A stretch of DNA of 64,000 bases from an uncultured Acidimicrobiales bacterium (GTDB lineage Bacteria; Actinomycetota; Acidimicrobiia; Acidimicrobiales; SZUA-35): positions 187,538-251,537 of the forward strand of contig CALKTH010000009.1 in the NCBI GenBank assembly GCA_937997485.1, given 5' to 3'. Every line of letters starts with the position of its first letter. Positions within the stretch are counted from its first letter, which is position 1. The notes below the pieces were generated by a model. That model saw only the letters and a list, made by a program, of their open reading frames with translations. It was not told the origin of the DNA and made no database searches. This document shows, in pieces, positions 54,750 to 63,624 of this stretch. Made by a program: the position numbers and the translations under genes.

Positions 54750-56297
54750 CTACGCCTTGGTCTGGTCACGCAGGAAGCGACGCAGAATCTTGCCCGAAGC
54801 CGACTTGGGGATCTCATCGGTGAACTCGACGAGGCGAATGTGCTTGTAGCTCGCAACGTGTTCAGCGACGAACGACTGAATGTCCTCGGCGCTGGCCTCT
54901 TCCCCTGGCTTGAGCACCACGAACGCTTTCGGCAACTCGCCGGCACCAACATCGGGGACACCAATCACCGCAACGTCAGCGACAGCAGGGTGTGTCACGA
55001 TCAGCGCCTCGAGCTCCGCCGGCGGAACCTGGAAGCCGTTGTACTTGATGAGTTCCTTGACGCGATCGACGATGAACATGTGGCCGTCGGCGTCGATGCG
55101 AGCGACGTCGCCGGTGTGGAGCCAGCCTTCCGAATCGATCGTTGCTTCGGTGGCTTCGTCGTTGTTGAGGTATCCCTTCATGACCTGCGGGCCCTTGATC
55201 CAGAGCTCGCCCTCGCCATCGACGCCGAGATCGTTGCCTTCATCGTCCACGACGCGGCAGAAGGTGTTGGGAGCGGTCACTCCATTGGAGCCGCTCTTGA
55301 AGTCTGAGCCCACCGTGGCGTGGCTGATCGGGCTGAGCTCGGTCATGCCGTAACCCTGGACGACATCACAACCCAGACGGTCGGCCGCTTCCTGGGCAAG
55401 ATCGCCGCCGAGCGGTGCCGCTCCGGAGAAGATCTTGCGGATCGTAGAGACGTCGTATTGATCAACGACCGGGCTCTTGGCCAGACCCAGCACGATGGGT
55501 GGCACGGCGAAGAACTGGGTGACGCCGTGTTCCTGGATGAGGCTGAGGCCGGCCTCCATCTCGAATCGGGGCATGGTCACGATCGTGACGCCTGCTGCGA
55601 GCAAGCCATTCATGAGCACCTGCATCCCGTAGATGTGGAAGAAGGGCAGGACGGCGAGTGCGACCTCGCCGTCTTCGTAGGGCAACATGCCGTCGCTCTG
55701 CGAGAGGTTCGAGACGAGGTTGTAGTGGCTGAGCATCACGCCCTTGGGCAGCCCGGTCGTGCCGCTCGAATACGGCAACACGACGATCGACTCGTGCACA
55801 TCGACCGGCACCTGGGAGGCGCGCTCGCCGAACAGGCCGTCGTAGGAATCCTCACCGATGACAACGAGCTCTTCCGCCGGGCTGTCGGCCATCGCTGCCT
55901 TTGCCGTCTCGGCGAACATCGGCACCGTGACGAGCAGCGTGGCGCCGGCGTCATTGAGCTGGAAGCGAACTTCATCTGCTCCGTACGTGGGGTTGATGGT
56001 GGTGACGGTGCCGCCAGCCATCGCCACCGCATGGAAGACGACCGCGTACTCGGGCATGTTCGGCGCCATCAGACCGAGCGTCGAACCCGGTCCGAAGCCC
56101 CGAGCCTGGAGCCCGCCGGACAGCCGTTCGATCTGATCGATGAGCTCATCGAAGGTGAACGAACGACCGCTTGCGCCGTCGATCATGGCGACCCGATCGC
56201 CGTAGGCGGAGGCCTTTCGGAAGGTGTACTCGGTGAGCGGCGTTTCCGGCAGTTCCACGTCGGGAAGTGGGCTGGCGAAGACATGGGATGCAGACAT
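54750..56297 (-). CDS. 4-coumarate--CoA ligase-like AMP-binding enzyme
   Basis: YSSGTTGLPKG, QGYGMTE, LHTGD, ELIKYNGFQV, SGKILRR. Confidence 0.93.
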   Translation of the reverse strand: MSASHVFASPLPDVELPETPLTEYTFRKASAYGDRVAMIDGASGRSFTFDELIDQIERLSGGLQARGFGPGSTLGLMAPNMPEYAVVFHAVAMAGGTVTTINPTYGADEVRFQLNDAGATLLVTVPMFAETAKAAMADSPAEELVVIGEDSYDGLFGERASQVPVDVHESIVVLPYSSGTTGLPKGVMLSHYNLVSNLSQSDGMLPYEDGEVALAVLPFFHIYGMQVLMNGLLAAGVTIVTMPRFEMEAGLSLIQEHGVTQFFAVPPIVLGLAKSPVVDQYDVSTIRKIFSGAAPLGGDLAQEAADRLGCDVVQGYGMTELSPISHATVGSDFKSGSNGVTAPNTFCRVVDDEGNDLGVDGEGELWIKGPQVMKGYLNNDEATEATIDSEGWLHTGDVARIDADGHMFIVDRVKELIKYNGFQVPPAELEALIVTHPAVADVAVIGVPDVGAGELPKAFVVLKPGEEASAEDIQSFVAEHVASYKHIRLVEFTDEIPKSASGKILRRFLRDQTKA

Positions 56298-56442
56298 GCC
56301 GGGAATGGTGCCTCAACTGGTACGAGAACGCCACCCATGCCCTGCCAAAGCGAGGGTCAGGGCCGGCTGATATCGGCGTTCAACCGATGAACAACTGCCG
56401 AACACGGGAAGGGCACAGCGCTCCTCCTGGTTTGCTCTGAGC

Positions 56443-57912
56443 ATGTCGCGCCTTCCTGCCGCCCTTTTTCTTGGCCTTGCCTTGACCGCCACCGCCTGCA
56501 CCTCTGGCGGAGGCGAAACGGGAGCTGCTGACTCGAACACTGACTCGAGCACCGATGCGGACAGCACACCAGCCACCACGCTGCCGTCTGGGCCGGTCGA
56601 GATCCCCGAGCTCGTTGCCGGCGAGGCGATCGACTACGGCCCGGCGCCGGTCTTCAACGAGGGCGACCTCGCACCGGAGGTTGCCGAGTCGCTCGAAGGA
56701 CTGCGCCGCTCGTTCAGCCTCGGCCTCAATGCGCTGACTGTGGCCCAGCGGGCGGAGGACTTCCAGGTGCTGGCCGACAGCGGCGACGCACGCCTGCTGT
56801 GGGTGTATTCGGATCTGCTGCGCTTCCCCTTGGAGGGGCCGACTGGCAACATTCAGGTGGCAGACGCATTCGAACAGCTCTCCGGCACAGAGATCGGGAT
56901 CTCGAACCCGTGGGGCGACGCGACGAACCGACTGATCGCGTGGGATGTCCCGGCCCCGCCTGGCTACCTCGAGTTCAAGCGCAGCCTGTTCACCACGCTC
57001 GAGCCCAAGTGGGAACCCCTCTTCGCCGACGGCGCGGACATCGACTGGCGACACGTCAGCTGGGGCGGTGTCTTGATCGACGATCGCCCGCTGGGAGCCA
57101 CCAACTCCTGCGCCCGCGGCTGTATTCCAGCGTTGGATGAACCGGTCGTGACTGATGCTGCTGGAGGCGACTGGTATCCGGATGATGAAACCGTGTTCGG
57201 TGTCGTCATCAACGGCGAGGCCCGGGCGTACCCGAAGAACATCATGGAGGTCCATGAGATGACGAACGATGTGCTCGGAGGACGGCGGATCGCCATTCCG
57301 TACTGCACGCTCTGCGGTTCGGCTCAGGCATGGTTCACCGACGAACTCGATGCTGACGTCGAGTTCCCCGTCTTGCGAACGTCCGGCCTGCTCATCCGCT
57401 CGAACAAGATGATGTTCGATCTCACCAGCCTTTCCTTCGTCGACACGTTCCTCGGCAACGCAACATCCGGGCCGCTGCAGGACGCCGGTGTGCAGTTCGA
57501 ACAGGCCAGCGTCGTCGCCTCTTCCTGGGGTGAGTGGAAGGCCGCGCACCCCGACACCACGATCGTGGCCGAGGACGGTGGCATCGGTCGGAGCTACCCG
57601 CTTGATCCTCTGCGGGGCCGAGACGACGATGGCCCCATTTTCCCGATCGGCGATGTCGATCCTCGTTTGCCGGTGCAAGAGAATGTGCTGGGCGTCATCG
57701 CTGAAGACGGAACACCGATCGCCGTCCATGTGGCCATCGCCCGAGCGACACTCCAGAACGGCGAAGCGGTCGAAGTCGGCGGCTACACGATTGAACTCGA
57801 CGGCGACGGCATCCGCGCCCTGGATGGCGACGGCAATGACGTGGGCGCCCATCAGGCGTTTTGGTTCGCTTGGAGCCAGTTCCGCCCCGATACCGGGTTG
57901 TGGCCCAGCTGA
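56443..57912 (+). CDS. DUF3179-domain lipoprotein
   Basis: Lipobox LTATAC, CIPALDEP, ARAYP..HEMTND, YCTLCGS, FWFAW. Confidence 0.85.
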   Translation: MSRLPAALFLGLALTATACTSGGGETGAADSNTDSSTDADSTPATTLPSGPVEIPELVAGEAIDYGPAPVFNEGDLAPEVAESLEGLRRSFSLGLNALTVAQRAEDFQVLADSGDARLLWVYSDLLRFPLEGPTGNIQVADAFEQLSGTEIGISNPWGDATNRLIAWDVPAPPGYLEFKRSLFTTLEPKWEPLFADGADIDWRHVSWGGVLIDDRPLGATNSCARGCIPALDEPVVTDAAGGDWYPDDETVFGVVINGEARAYPKNIMEVHEMTNDVLGGRRIAIPYCTLCGSAQAWFTDELDADVEFPVLRTSGLLIRSNKMMFDLTSLSFVDTFLGNATSGPLQDAGVQFEQASVVASSWGEWKAAHPDTTIVAEDGGIGRSYPLDPLRGRDDDGPIFPIGDVDPRLPVQENVLGVIAEDGTPIAVHVAIARATLQNGEAVEVGGYTIELDGDGIRALDGDGNDVGAHQAFWFAWSQFRPDTGLWPS

Positions 57913-57984
57913 CACAAATAGACCAATGACCTACGGCGGAATCACGCTCGCTTTGCTAGCGTTGCGTTTCGGAGCGGTGGAGCA

Positions 57985-57998
57985 GCGGCTTCGGCCGC
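57985..57998 (+). other. C(UUCG)G hairpin in the leader of the FN3 protein gene
   Basis: GCGGC-TTCG-GCCGC ending 18 nt before ATG 58017. Confidence 0.45.
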
Positions 57999-58016
57999 AG
58001 AGAAGGTAAGAACATC

Positions 58017-60476
58017 ATGCGAGGCATGTCACGTGCCGAGCGAGAGGGACGTCGCACGGTTGCCGCCGTGCTCACCGGATTCTCGCTCGTTGTAGCTCTT
58101 GTCGTTGCGGCGTTCAGCGTCGCGCCTGCAGGAGCTGAAATCGATACCGGGCCCACCACCTTCTGGGGTGTTGAGGGTCTCGCGAGCGGCTCCGGCAACG
58201 ACTCCCTCCAGTCGAACATCTTTGCCATGGAGCAAATTGGCAACCGGGTGTACGTGGGCGGCCGCTTCACCGACGTGACCAACGACGGCAACAGCTTTCC
58301 TCGCGCCTACATCGCCGCATTCGACTCTGCTACCGGGATCTGGATCGACACGTTCACGCCCACGTTGAACAACGCCGTCAACGCGTTGCAGGCGTCACCC
58401 GATGGTTCGCGGCTCTTCGTTGGTGGCTCGTTCACGACCGCAAACGGGCAGCCGGCGAACGCGTTCGTGGCCCTCGACCCAATCACTGGCGCCGTCGATG
58501 CCTCGTTCTCTGGCACCGTGACGGGAACAGCGAACGTCCGAGGATTCGACTTGGTTGGCAACTGGCTCTACGTGGCTGGCTCGTTTAACGGCGTCGCCTC
58601 CCCCGTCGGCAACAATCAAGCCTTCCGCGTCGCCCGATTCAACTGGTCGAACTCGAACCACGACGTCAATTTCCGACCCGAAATTCAAGGCGGGTCGGTC
58701 TGGGGCATCGCAGCGAATCCCTCCGCTGATCGTGTCTACCTCGCCGGCAACTTCCTGACGGCCAACGGGGCAGCCACGTCTGGAGGGTTCGCTGCGGTGC
58801 GCGTTTCCGACGGTGAGAACGCCACTGGTGTTGACGTCTTCCCCGTCAACACCACCAACCCCGCCCGCCAGTATCTGTACGACGTTGTCGTGACCAACGG
58901 CCTCGTGTTTGCCGGCGGTAGTGAGCATCAGATCGTCGTCATGAACGAGTCCGACCTCTCGCTCAAGCGCTTCCATGAGTCCGGACCGAAGGGCGACTAT
59001 CAGGATCTCGAAGTCGTGGGCAATCGGGTCTACGCCGGTTGTCACTGTCGGGCTGATGCCGTCATCGATTCATCCAACGACGTGTTGTGGTTCGGCAGCC
59101 CACCCGCTGGTGTCAGCGATGGCGTTGTTGACATCACGAACAACAACACGTGGGTCACCGGCTTCGACGCAACCACGGGCGAAGTCATCTCCTCCTTCTC
59201 TCCCACCATCACCGCGCTGCGAGCTGGCGTGTGGGCCATTCACGGCGCGCCTGACGGTTGCCTATGGCTGGGCGGTGATCTCACCAGTGCGTACGGACAA
59301 CCGGTCGACGCCATGATGCGGCTGTGCGATTCGAGCACGATCGATACCGAACGACCCACTACGCCAGGGAGTCCGCAGGTTGTCAACACCACCGCTGACT
59401 CGGTCGATCTGACGTGGAACCCCTCCACCGACAACGTCGGCGTCGATGCGTATGAGCTCTACGACTCCGCCACCAATGCCCTCGTCGCCACGTCGGCCAC
59501 GAACTCGGTGACCGTGACTGGCCTCTCCCCCGGTGACGTCACTTACTACGTTCGAGCCCGTGATGCGGTCGGCAACCTCTCGTGGAAGAGCGGCAACACC
59601 ACCGTGACCATCACGGCAGGTGGCGACACCGAACGCCCGAGCGTGCCGGGCAAGCCACAGGTCGTAGCCACCACCGGCTCATCGGCCGACTTCACGTGGA
59701 ACGGCTCGACCGACAACGTCGCCGTCACTGGCTACAACCTCTACGACGCCACGACCAACGCGATCGTGGCCACTTCGGCCACCACGTCAGTCACCGTGTC
59801 GGGCCTGGCTGAAGGTGAGTACACGTACTACCTGAAGGCCTTCGATGCCGCCGGCAACACTTCGTGGAAGAGCGGCAACACGACCTTCACGATCTCAAAC
59901 GGTCCGGCGCCAGACACCGAGCGACCATCGGTTCCCGGCAAGCCTGCAGTGGTGAGCCTGGGCGCCGACTCGGCTGACCTCACGTGGACGGCGTCCACCG
60001 ACAACGTGGCCGTCACGGGCTACAACATCTACGACGCGGCAACGAACAACGTGCTGGCCACCTCGTCCACGAACGCCGTCACGGTGACGGGCCTGGCCGA
60101 GGGTACGTACGACGTCTACGCCCGAGCCTTCGACGCGGCGGGCAACCTGTCGTGGAAGAGCGGCAACCGCAACTTCACGATCGACAACGGCCCGCCGGCC
60201 GACACCGAGCGCCCATCACCACCGACCGGCCTCATGGCCACTGCTGGGCCCGCCGGCACGGTGGATCTGACCTGGAACCCCTCGACCGACAACGTCGGTG
60301 TCACGGGCTACAACGTCTACGAGGACGCAGGCGACACGATCGTGGCCACTGTTCCCGTTGATGACACCACGGTCACTGGCCTGCCCGCAGGCTCGATCTC
60401 GCTCTACGTGCGGGCCTTCGACGCAGCGGGCAACACGAGCTGGCGCTCGAACACGCAGACCCTGAACGTCCTGTAG
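58017..60476 (+). CDS. Secreted beta-propeller plus 4x fibronectin type III protein
   Basis: Signal peptide ..APAGA; propeller repeats (VYVGGRF, LFVGGSF, LYVAGSF, VYLAGNF); four DTERP..W..STDNV.V..Y..AFDAAGN.SW(K/R)S modules. Confidence 0.88.
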   Translation: MRGMSRAEREGRRTVAAVLTGFSLVVALVVAAFSVAPAGAEIDTGPTTFWGVEGLASGSGNDSLQSNIFAMEQIGNRVYVGGRFTDVTNDGNSFPRAYIAAFDSATGIWIDTFTPTLNNAVNALQASPDGSRLFVGGSFTTANGQPANAFVALDPITGAVDASFSGTVTGTANVRGFDLVGNWLYVAGSFNGVASPVGNNQAFRVARFNWSNSNHDVNFRPEIQGGSVWGIAANPSADRVYLAGNFLTANGAATSGGFAAVRVSDGENATGVDVFPVNTTNPARQYLYDVVVTNGLVFAGGSEHQIVVMNESDLSLKRFHESGPKGDYQDLEVVGNRVYAGCHCRADAVIDSSNDVLWFGSPPAGVSDGVVDITNNNTWVTGFDATTGEVISSFSPTITALRAGVWAIHGAPDGCLWLGGDLTSAYGQPVDAMMRLCDSSTIDTERPTTPGSPQVVNTTADSVDLTWNPSTDNVGVDAYELYDSATNALVATSATNSVTVTGLSPGDVTYYVRARDAVGNLSWKSGNTTVTITAGGDTERPSVPGKPQVVATTGSSADFTWNGSTDNVAVTGYNLYDATTNAIVATSATTSVTVSGLAEGEYTYYLKAFDAAGNTSWKSGNTTFTISNGPAPDTERPSVPGKPAVVSLGADSADLTWTASTDNVAVTGYNIYDAATNNVLATSSTNAVTVTGLAEGTYDVYARAFDAAGNLSWKSGNRNFTIDNGPPADTERPSPPTGLMATAGPAGTVDLTWNPSTDNVGVTGYNVYEDAGDTIVATVPVDDTTVTGLPAGSISLYVRAFDAAGNTSWRSNTQTLNVL
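59343..60473 (+). repeat. Four tandem FN3 coding repeats
   Basis: Units begin at 59343, 59625, 59913 and 60201 (periods 282, 288, 288 bp). Confidence 0.9.
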
Positions 60477-60490
60477 CTCCGAACGTCCAC

Positions 60491-61267
60491 TCAGCGCTCG
60501 TTGTTCGCTTTCCTGACCGGCTTCTTGATTGGTTCGGGAAGACGAGCGGCGGCCGCGAACGCATTGAACCACGCCTCGTAGCCCAGGTCGTTGGGATGGA
60601 ACCGATCACCGGCGGAACGCCCACGCCAGGTGAAGAGTTGCTCGTCGACATCGGCGACGACCAGTCCTTCGGCTGGTGCTTCGTTGCGAATGATTCGGTT
60701 GAGTCGCTTCGCCAGCAAGCTGCCATTGGCCGGGAGTGTTGCGAACAGTGTGCCTTTCGGGAGCCTGGCGATCAGCGACATGAGGTCACGCTCGGTGCTC
60801 CCGATGGCCATCGACCGCACCAGATCGTTGTTGCCCACGGTGCAAGTGATCAGCGTCGGCGTCTGTTCCAGGGCGCGCAGAGCGGGGAGCTGCACCTCCA
60901 TCACGTCCTTGAGTCGGGCGCCGGAACGAGAGAAGTTGACGATGTCGAGCGGCTTCCCCCTGCTCAGGTCTGCTTGATGACGAACGAGCCGATGGAGCCA
61001 GGACTGATCCCACTCTGATGCACCGATGCCCTGACTGAGCGAGTCACCGAGCGCAACGATGATCGGGCAGCCGGCCTCGATCGAAGCGACACTTCGCTCA
61101 CGCCAAAGCGCGTGAAAGTCAACGATCTGCTCTTTGGTTCGCCGAGCTCCATTGAAGACCGGCGCGAGTGAACGCAACATGACCCCCGGAGTTGGAGGCG
61201 ACAGGGCGAGCTCGAGGGCGTCATTCACCGCACGAGTGTCGACGGTCCGAGGCCCAACCTCAAGCAT
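60491..61267 (-). CDS. SGNH/GDSL hydrolase
   Basis: VALGDSLSQG, SRSGA, TVGNND, DRFHPN. Confidence 0.9.
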   Translation of the reverse strand: MLEVGPRTVDTRAVNDALELALSPPTPGVMLRSLAPVFNGARRTKEQIVDFHALWRERSVASIEAGCPIIVALGDSLSQGIGASEWDQSWLHRLVRHQADLSRGKPLDIVNFSRSGARLKDVMEVQLPALRALEQTPTLITCTVGNNDLVRSMAIGSTERDLMSLIARLPKGTLFATLPANGSLLAKRLNRIIRNEAPAEGLVVADVDEQLFTWRGRSAGDRFHPNDLGYEAWFNAFAAAARLPEPIKKPVRKANNER

Positions 61268-61299
61268 TTGTCGTCAGAAGAACGAACTAAGGTGCGGCC

Positions 61300-62529
61300 A
61301 TGAGCCGACTTCTCCATCCGTTCTCATACGCCAGCAAGGCCGAGGCCGACTACATCAACATCGTTTCTGGTGAGGGCGTCGTGCTCACTGCAGACGATGG
61401 GAAGCAGTACATCGACGGCATCGGCAGCCTTTGGTTGTGTCAGGTCGGACACGGTCGTCGAGAGATCATCGATGCCATCACCACCCAGCTCAACCAGCTC
61501 GCGACGTACAACATCTTCGACCCGATGACGAACAATGTGGCCGCCGAGGCAGCCGATCTGATCGCCGAGAAGTCACCCCACCCCGACGGGCGGGTATTCC
61601 TCGGGTGCTCCGGGTCCGAGGCGATCGACACCGCGCTCAAGATCTCACGCATGATCCAGCAGCGTCGCGGCGCTGGCGACAAGCAGATCATTCTGCGGCG
61701 CACCCGCGGCTATCACGGCACGAACTTCGGCGGCACCTCGGCGCAGGGCATCGAAGGCAACCGGGAGGGCTGGGGCGATCTCGTCCCCCACTTCATCGAG
61801 GTGCCGAGCGACGACCTCGAAGCCGCCGCCCGCGTCTTCAGCGAACACGGTCCCCAGATTGCCGCCGTCATCACCGAGCCCATTCAGGGTGCGGGTGGTG
61901 TCCACATGCCACCGGATGGATATCTCGAAGGCATGCGTCGGCTCTGCGATCAGCACAACAGCCTGCTGATCTTCGACGAGGTCATCTGCGGCTTCGGTCG
62001 CACGGGAAGCTGGTTCGCCTCGCAGACCTTCGACGTCACGCCAGACATGATCACGTTCGCCAAGGGCGTCACCTCGGGCTACATGCCGGTCAGTGGCGTG
62101 ATCATGAGCAAGCAGGTTGCCGCTGAGCTCGAACAGCCGGGTCTCAAGTTGATGCACGGCTACACGTACTCCGGCCATCCCGCCTGCGTCGCGGCTGCCA
62201 TCGCCAACATCAACGTCATCGAGGCCGACGGTCTGGTCGACCGTTCCCATCACGTTGGTGCGGAGTTCGAAAAGGGGTTCTCAGCCATGGCCGCCGACGG
62301 CATGATCGAGAGCTACCGCGGGACCGCTGGCATCTGGGCCGCCGAGCTCGGCCACGACGCGCTCCCCATCCGCGATCGCATGCTCGAACTGGGCGTCATT
62401 GTCCGCCCGATCGGCACCTCGCTCGCCGTGTGTCCCCCGCTCACCATCTCTGATGCCGAGATCGCCCAGATGATCGAAGCGATGGCCACCGCCCTCAATG
62501 AGCTGGCCCCGGAGCGAACCAGCGCGTGA
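61300..62529 (+). CDS. Class III PLP aminotransferase
   Basis: YIDGIGSLW, SGSEA, YHGT, FDEVICGFGRTG, TFAKGVTSGY. Confidence 0.95.
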   Translation: MSRLLHPFSYASKAEADYINIVSGEGVVLTADDGKQYIDGIGSLWLCQVGHGRREIIDAITTQLNQLATYNIFDPMTNNVAAEAADLIAEKSPHPDGRVFLGCSGSEAIDTALKISRMIQQRRGAGDKQIILRRTRGYHGTNFGGTSAQGIEGNREGWGDLVPHFIEVPSDDLEAAARVFSEHGPQIAAVITEPIQGAGGVHMPPDGYLEGMRRLCDQHNSLLIFDEVICGFGRTGSWFASQTFDVTPDMITFAKGVTSGYMPVSGVIMSKQVAAELEQPGLKLMHGYTYSGHPACVAAAIANINVIEADGLVDRSHHVGAEFEKGFSAMAADGMIESYRGTAGIWAAELGHDALPIRDRMLELGVIVRPIGTSLAVCPPLTISDAEIAQMIEAMATALNELAPERTSA

Positions 62530-63422
62530 CCCAACTGCGGTGGGTCTGGCGCCTCACCATCGACGTCATCAATGAGTACCGACGTGATGGTGTTGGCGAC
62601 TTGGCCGCGAGCATCACGTTCTGGACGTTGCTGTCCATCCCTGCGGCCATCCTGGCGCTGGTCAGCGCGCTCGGCACCGTGCAATCGCTCGTTGGCGAAG
62701 ACGTAGCCACTGATCTCCAGACCACGATCGATGACTTCCTCATCGACACGTTCTCCGACGCCAGCCCGCTCCTCAACACGGTCGATGACCTGTTCAACGG
62801 CCAACAGACCGGCGTCTTGACCTTCTCGGTGCTTTTCGCCTTCTTCTCGCTCAGTCGCGGGTTTGCCGGACTCGTCCGTTCGCTCGATGCGGCCTACAAC
62901 GTGGAGGAGGGGCGGAGCTGGTGGCACGTCCGTCTGCTCGCGATCGCCCTCGGCTTCGGCACGGTGGCGGTGGTGACCGTCGGGGCAACGGCCGTAGCCA
63001 TTGCTCCCAGTGTGCTCTTTGGTGAGCCGTCACGGCTGTTCGCCACGATCGTTTCCATGCCCCTGCTGTTCGCCTGGGCGCTCACGCTCTTCCACATCGG
63101 GCCGTATCACCGAACGCCGCTGCGCTACGACGCTCCAGGCGCTGCCCTGACGGCCGTTGGGTGGTTGGTAGTGACACAGGGCTTTGCGTTCTACGTGCGC
63201 CTGACCGACACCGGGAACAGCGTGCAGACTTCTGTCGGCGCCCTGCTTCTGGGCATCACGCTGATGTACGCACTCAGCGTCATCATGCTGGTGGGGGCAG
63301 AGCTCAATGATGTGTTGGCCACCAGAGCCGGGGTTTCGAAACGCCCCGCCAGCATCCGGGGCCGCTTCCGACACGTCGTGCGGCGGGCCCGTCCCAGCCC
63401 CAACCCCGACCCAGACGTCTGA
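62526..63422 (+). CDS. YihY/BrkB-family membrane protein
   Basis: DLAASITFW, LDAAYNVEEGRSWW, VGAELN. Confidence 0.92.
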   Translation: MTQLRWVWRLTIDVINEYRRDGVGDLAASITFWTLLSIPAAILALVSALGTVQSLVGEDVATDLQTTIDDFLIDTFSDASPLLNTVDDLFNGQQTGVLTFSVLFAFFSLSRGFAGLVRSLDAAYNVEEGRSWWHVRLLAIALGFGTVAVVTVGATAVAIAPSVLFGEPSRLFATIVSMPLLFAWALTLFHIGPYHRTPLRYDAPGAALTAVGWLVVTQGFAFYVRLTDTGNSVQTSVGALLLGITLMYALSVIMLVGAELNDVLATRAGVSKRPASIRGRFRHVVRRARPSPNPDPDV

Positions 63423-63438
63423 ACCACCACCAGAATTG

Positions 63439-63473
63439 CCGCGCTCATGTACCTCAGAGGTACATGAGCGCGG
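63439..63473. terminator. Perfect 17-bp inverted repeat between convergent yihY and tRNA-Leu
   Basis: CCGCGCTCATGTACCTC-A-GAGGTACATGAGCGCGG. Confidence 0.7.
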
Positions 63474-63479
63474 ACTTTC

Positions 63480-63566
63480 TGGTGCCCGGGGTGGGGTTCG
63501 AACCCACAAGCTCCGAGGAGCGGGGCCTTTTAAGGGCCCTGTGTATGCCAATTCCACCACCCGGGC
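63480..63566 (-). tRNA. tRNA-Leu, anticodon UAA
   Basis: GCCCGGG acceptor stem, D arm GTGGAATTGGCATACAC, anticodon arm GGGCC-CTTAAAA-GGCCC, long variable arm, GTTCGAAC T loop, encoded CCA; 87 nt. Confidence 0.97.
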
Positions 63567-63624
63567 GGGCGAGCGAATAGCGCCAACGTAGCGCCCCGAG
63601 GCAGACGCCGATACGAGGAGTCTC

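Noticed and set aside
56443-57912. Second selenoprotein in DUF3179
   Set aside because: ORF is continuous with Cys codons; the only TGA is the terminal stop
57912-58016. Riboswitch in the FN3-gene leader
   Set aside because: Only a single UUCG hairpin is evident; I could not match c-di-AMP, c-di-GMP or other aptamer consensus by eye
59343-60473. Approx. 285-bp DNA repeats as a mobile element or CRISPR
   Set aside because: In-frame coding repeats of FN3 domains
63480-63566. Long-variable-arm tRNA as tRNA-Sec for the selenoprotein
   Set aside because: Anticodon is UAA (Leu) with a standard 7-bp acceptor stem; no sel genes are in the window
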